From Lama guanicoe (Eukaryota), in NCBI GenBank assembly GCA_013239625.1, contig MU053881.1, positions 3,226,001 to 3,290,000 on the forward strand: DNA of 64,000 nt, given 5' to 3'. A program made the position numbers and the translations under genes. The notes beneath the pieces were generated by a model. That model ran no database searches, was not told where the DNA came from, and saw nothing but the letters and a program-made list of their open reading frames with translations. The number at the start of each line of letters is the position of its first letter. Position 1 is the first letter of the stretch. This document shows, one piece after another, positions 62,390-64,000 of this stretch.

Positions 62390-62805
62390 CCGCCAAATTG
62401 TTGCCATGGAAATATGAGTTCCAAGGGGCCACATCTTGTGACTTCTTTCAAGAGAAACCAGAAATCCACAGACTATGTAGATTTTCCTAGTTTTTGAATG
62501 TTGATAAGTTAGTATATTAAATACAAGGTAAGACAATCAAAAAACATCCATGGGCTGGATTCAGGCCATTGTTCACTGATCCGCTCTTGGTGCCCCAAGC
62601 TTTGTCAGGCAGAGTCTGCATTCTGATGATGGGAAGGGAACACGTTGAAGTTAAGAATGATCGATGACTACTTGTAGTCCAGACCGAGATGCACCTGAAA
62701 ACCAACGCAAATCTCCTGGTCGTCTCTGATGTGCCATTTGTTTGCTGGTTTACTCATTACGTTCTCTGATGTCTCTTGGGTTAAGCCCCATGAGGGTACT
62801 GTGGC

Positions 62806-63258
62806 TGTTAGAGCCGGCAGATAGCTAGACATGAGCAGAGAAAAGGGGACACAGGCCAAAAGGCAGGAATTGAGCAAAAAGGAAGGGGCGTGGGCCAAAC
62901 ACAGGAAATCATACATTATGTAAACAACAGGGGTTCCTGGGCAGACAGAGAAAAGCAGGAACCTCTGGGTGAAAAAGGGGTCACACATTTCGGGGTAACA
63001 AGCGGCCTGGAGGCCGACAAAGAAAGATGGGAAAAGGCAGGAATCTCCAGTGTCTGAATGTAACCTTTGCTCATTATGCCCTCATTTCAATAAAATTAGC
63101 CTTGCAGATTAGACGTACCCATCATGCACCGACACCATGACACTTCTGGTCCAGATGAAATAAGGACAAAAACTTCTCCTCTCTCCAGGAAGGTGGAGTT
63201 GGGATGAGAATCAGGGAATATGATCTGAAACCCTTTCTCCCCAAAAGAAGATACTCTG
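62806..63258 (+). mobile_element. ERV LTR family Y copy 2, 3'-truncated
   Basis: TGTTAGAGCCGGCAGATAGCTAGA... is the reverse-complement homolog of 6180 going leftwards; homology stops near 63258. Confidence 0.85.
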
Positions 63259-64000
63259 GTCCCGGCACAGGCAGGGGCAGGCGGTCTGAGCGGCAGACAT
63301 GGGGCCTGGAGGAAGGACCAGCTGACCTGCCCTGAGTCCGTGTCAGGGCAGGGCTCCTGGCAGAGGTAATAGATGAGCCAGGGCTTAAGGGGCAAGTAGG
63401 AGAAGGTGAAGTAAAGAGGCGGGAAAGGACACTCTTCGCAGGGGCAACAGCATGTTCTGCAGCATCGAGGCCCAACCAGTCAGGCTGGAGCAGGGAGCTG
63501 GGGCCCACGTGTGGAATGATGGGTATGGGGTGGGCTTGGCTGCAGATCTCAAGGGATGGGGATAGGTGGAGAGGGGGCAGGTGTAGCCCTCTGGCACCCG
63601 GACAAGAGGGGGCTGCATACGGCTAGAGGGCATTCTCCCTGGGAGGGGGTGAGGTCAAAGCTGGAAGGAGCATCCTCGCGGGTTCCTCCACTGGGGAGCT
63701 TAGGAAGAGGTAGGGCCAGGGCCAGGACGCAGGAGGTGAAAATCAAGGGGCCAGCAGAGCAGAGAGGACCAAGGGGCAGCCTAGGGCGTTTCTGGAAGCG
63801 GAGTGCAGGCCGCATTGGGATTTCAGGCTGTTTGCCTAAGTTCTACCAGGCACCTTTGAAAATAGTGACTCAAACTTGGCTGAAATTTGGAATCACTTGG
63901 AGAGCTTTAAAACTCTTGCAATTTTACCCAATTTCCCAGGCCACAGCCCGGAACAATTACCTCAGAATCTTAAAAGCAGAATCTGGAATCTGGATTTCTA

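Overview
This is mammalian genomic DNA. The tRNA-Ala(AGC)-derived SINEs (GGGAGGGTATAGCTCAGTGGTAGAGC...GGTTCAATCCCC) resemble the camelid vic-1 family, so the source is probably a camelid (inference). The one protein-coding gene is SFXN1 (sideroflexin-1, mitochondrial inner-membrane serine carrier) on the minus strand. I traced all 10 coding exons by hand: 44461 to 24944, 969 nt, 322 aa, intact frame, one GC-AG intron. It has a ~2.1 kb 3'UTR and a CpG-island promoter at ~55.3-56.1 kb. The rest is intergenic or intronic DNA with L1, L2, MIR, MaLR/ERVL, hAT elements and a dense nested cluster of ERV solo LTRs at 5.1-10.7 kb. I found no new protein-coding system. The most notable non-coding signals are: a 23-bp minisatellite made of tandem CTCF consensus motifs (62.3 kb); two independent nested LTR insertions at almost the same homologous position of one LTR family; three miR-1/206 sites in the SFXN1 3'UTR; a motif-dense candidate developmental enhancer (8.5-9.0 kb); and an ambiguous first exon in the CpG island. 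Repeat family names are by-eye recognition, not database hits, and their boundaries are approximate unless a TSD is quoted.
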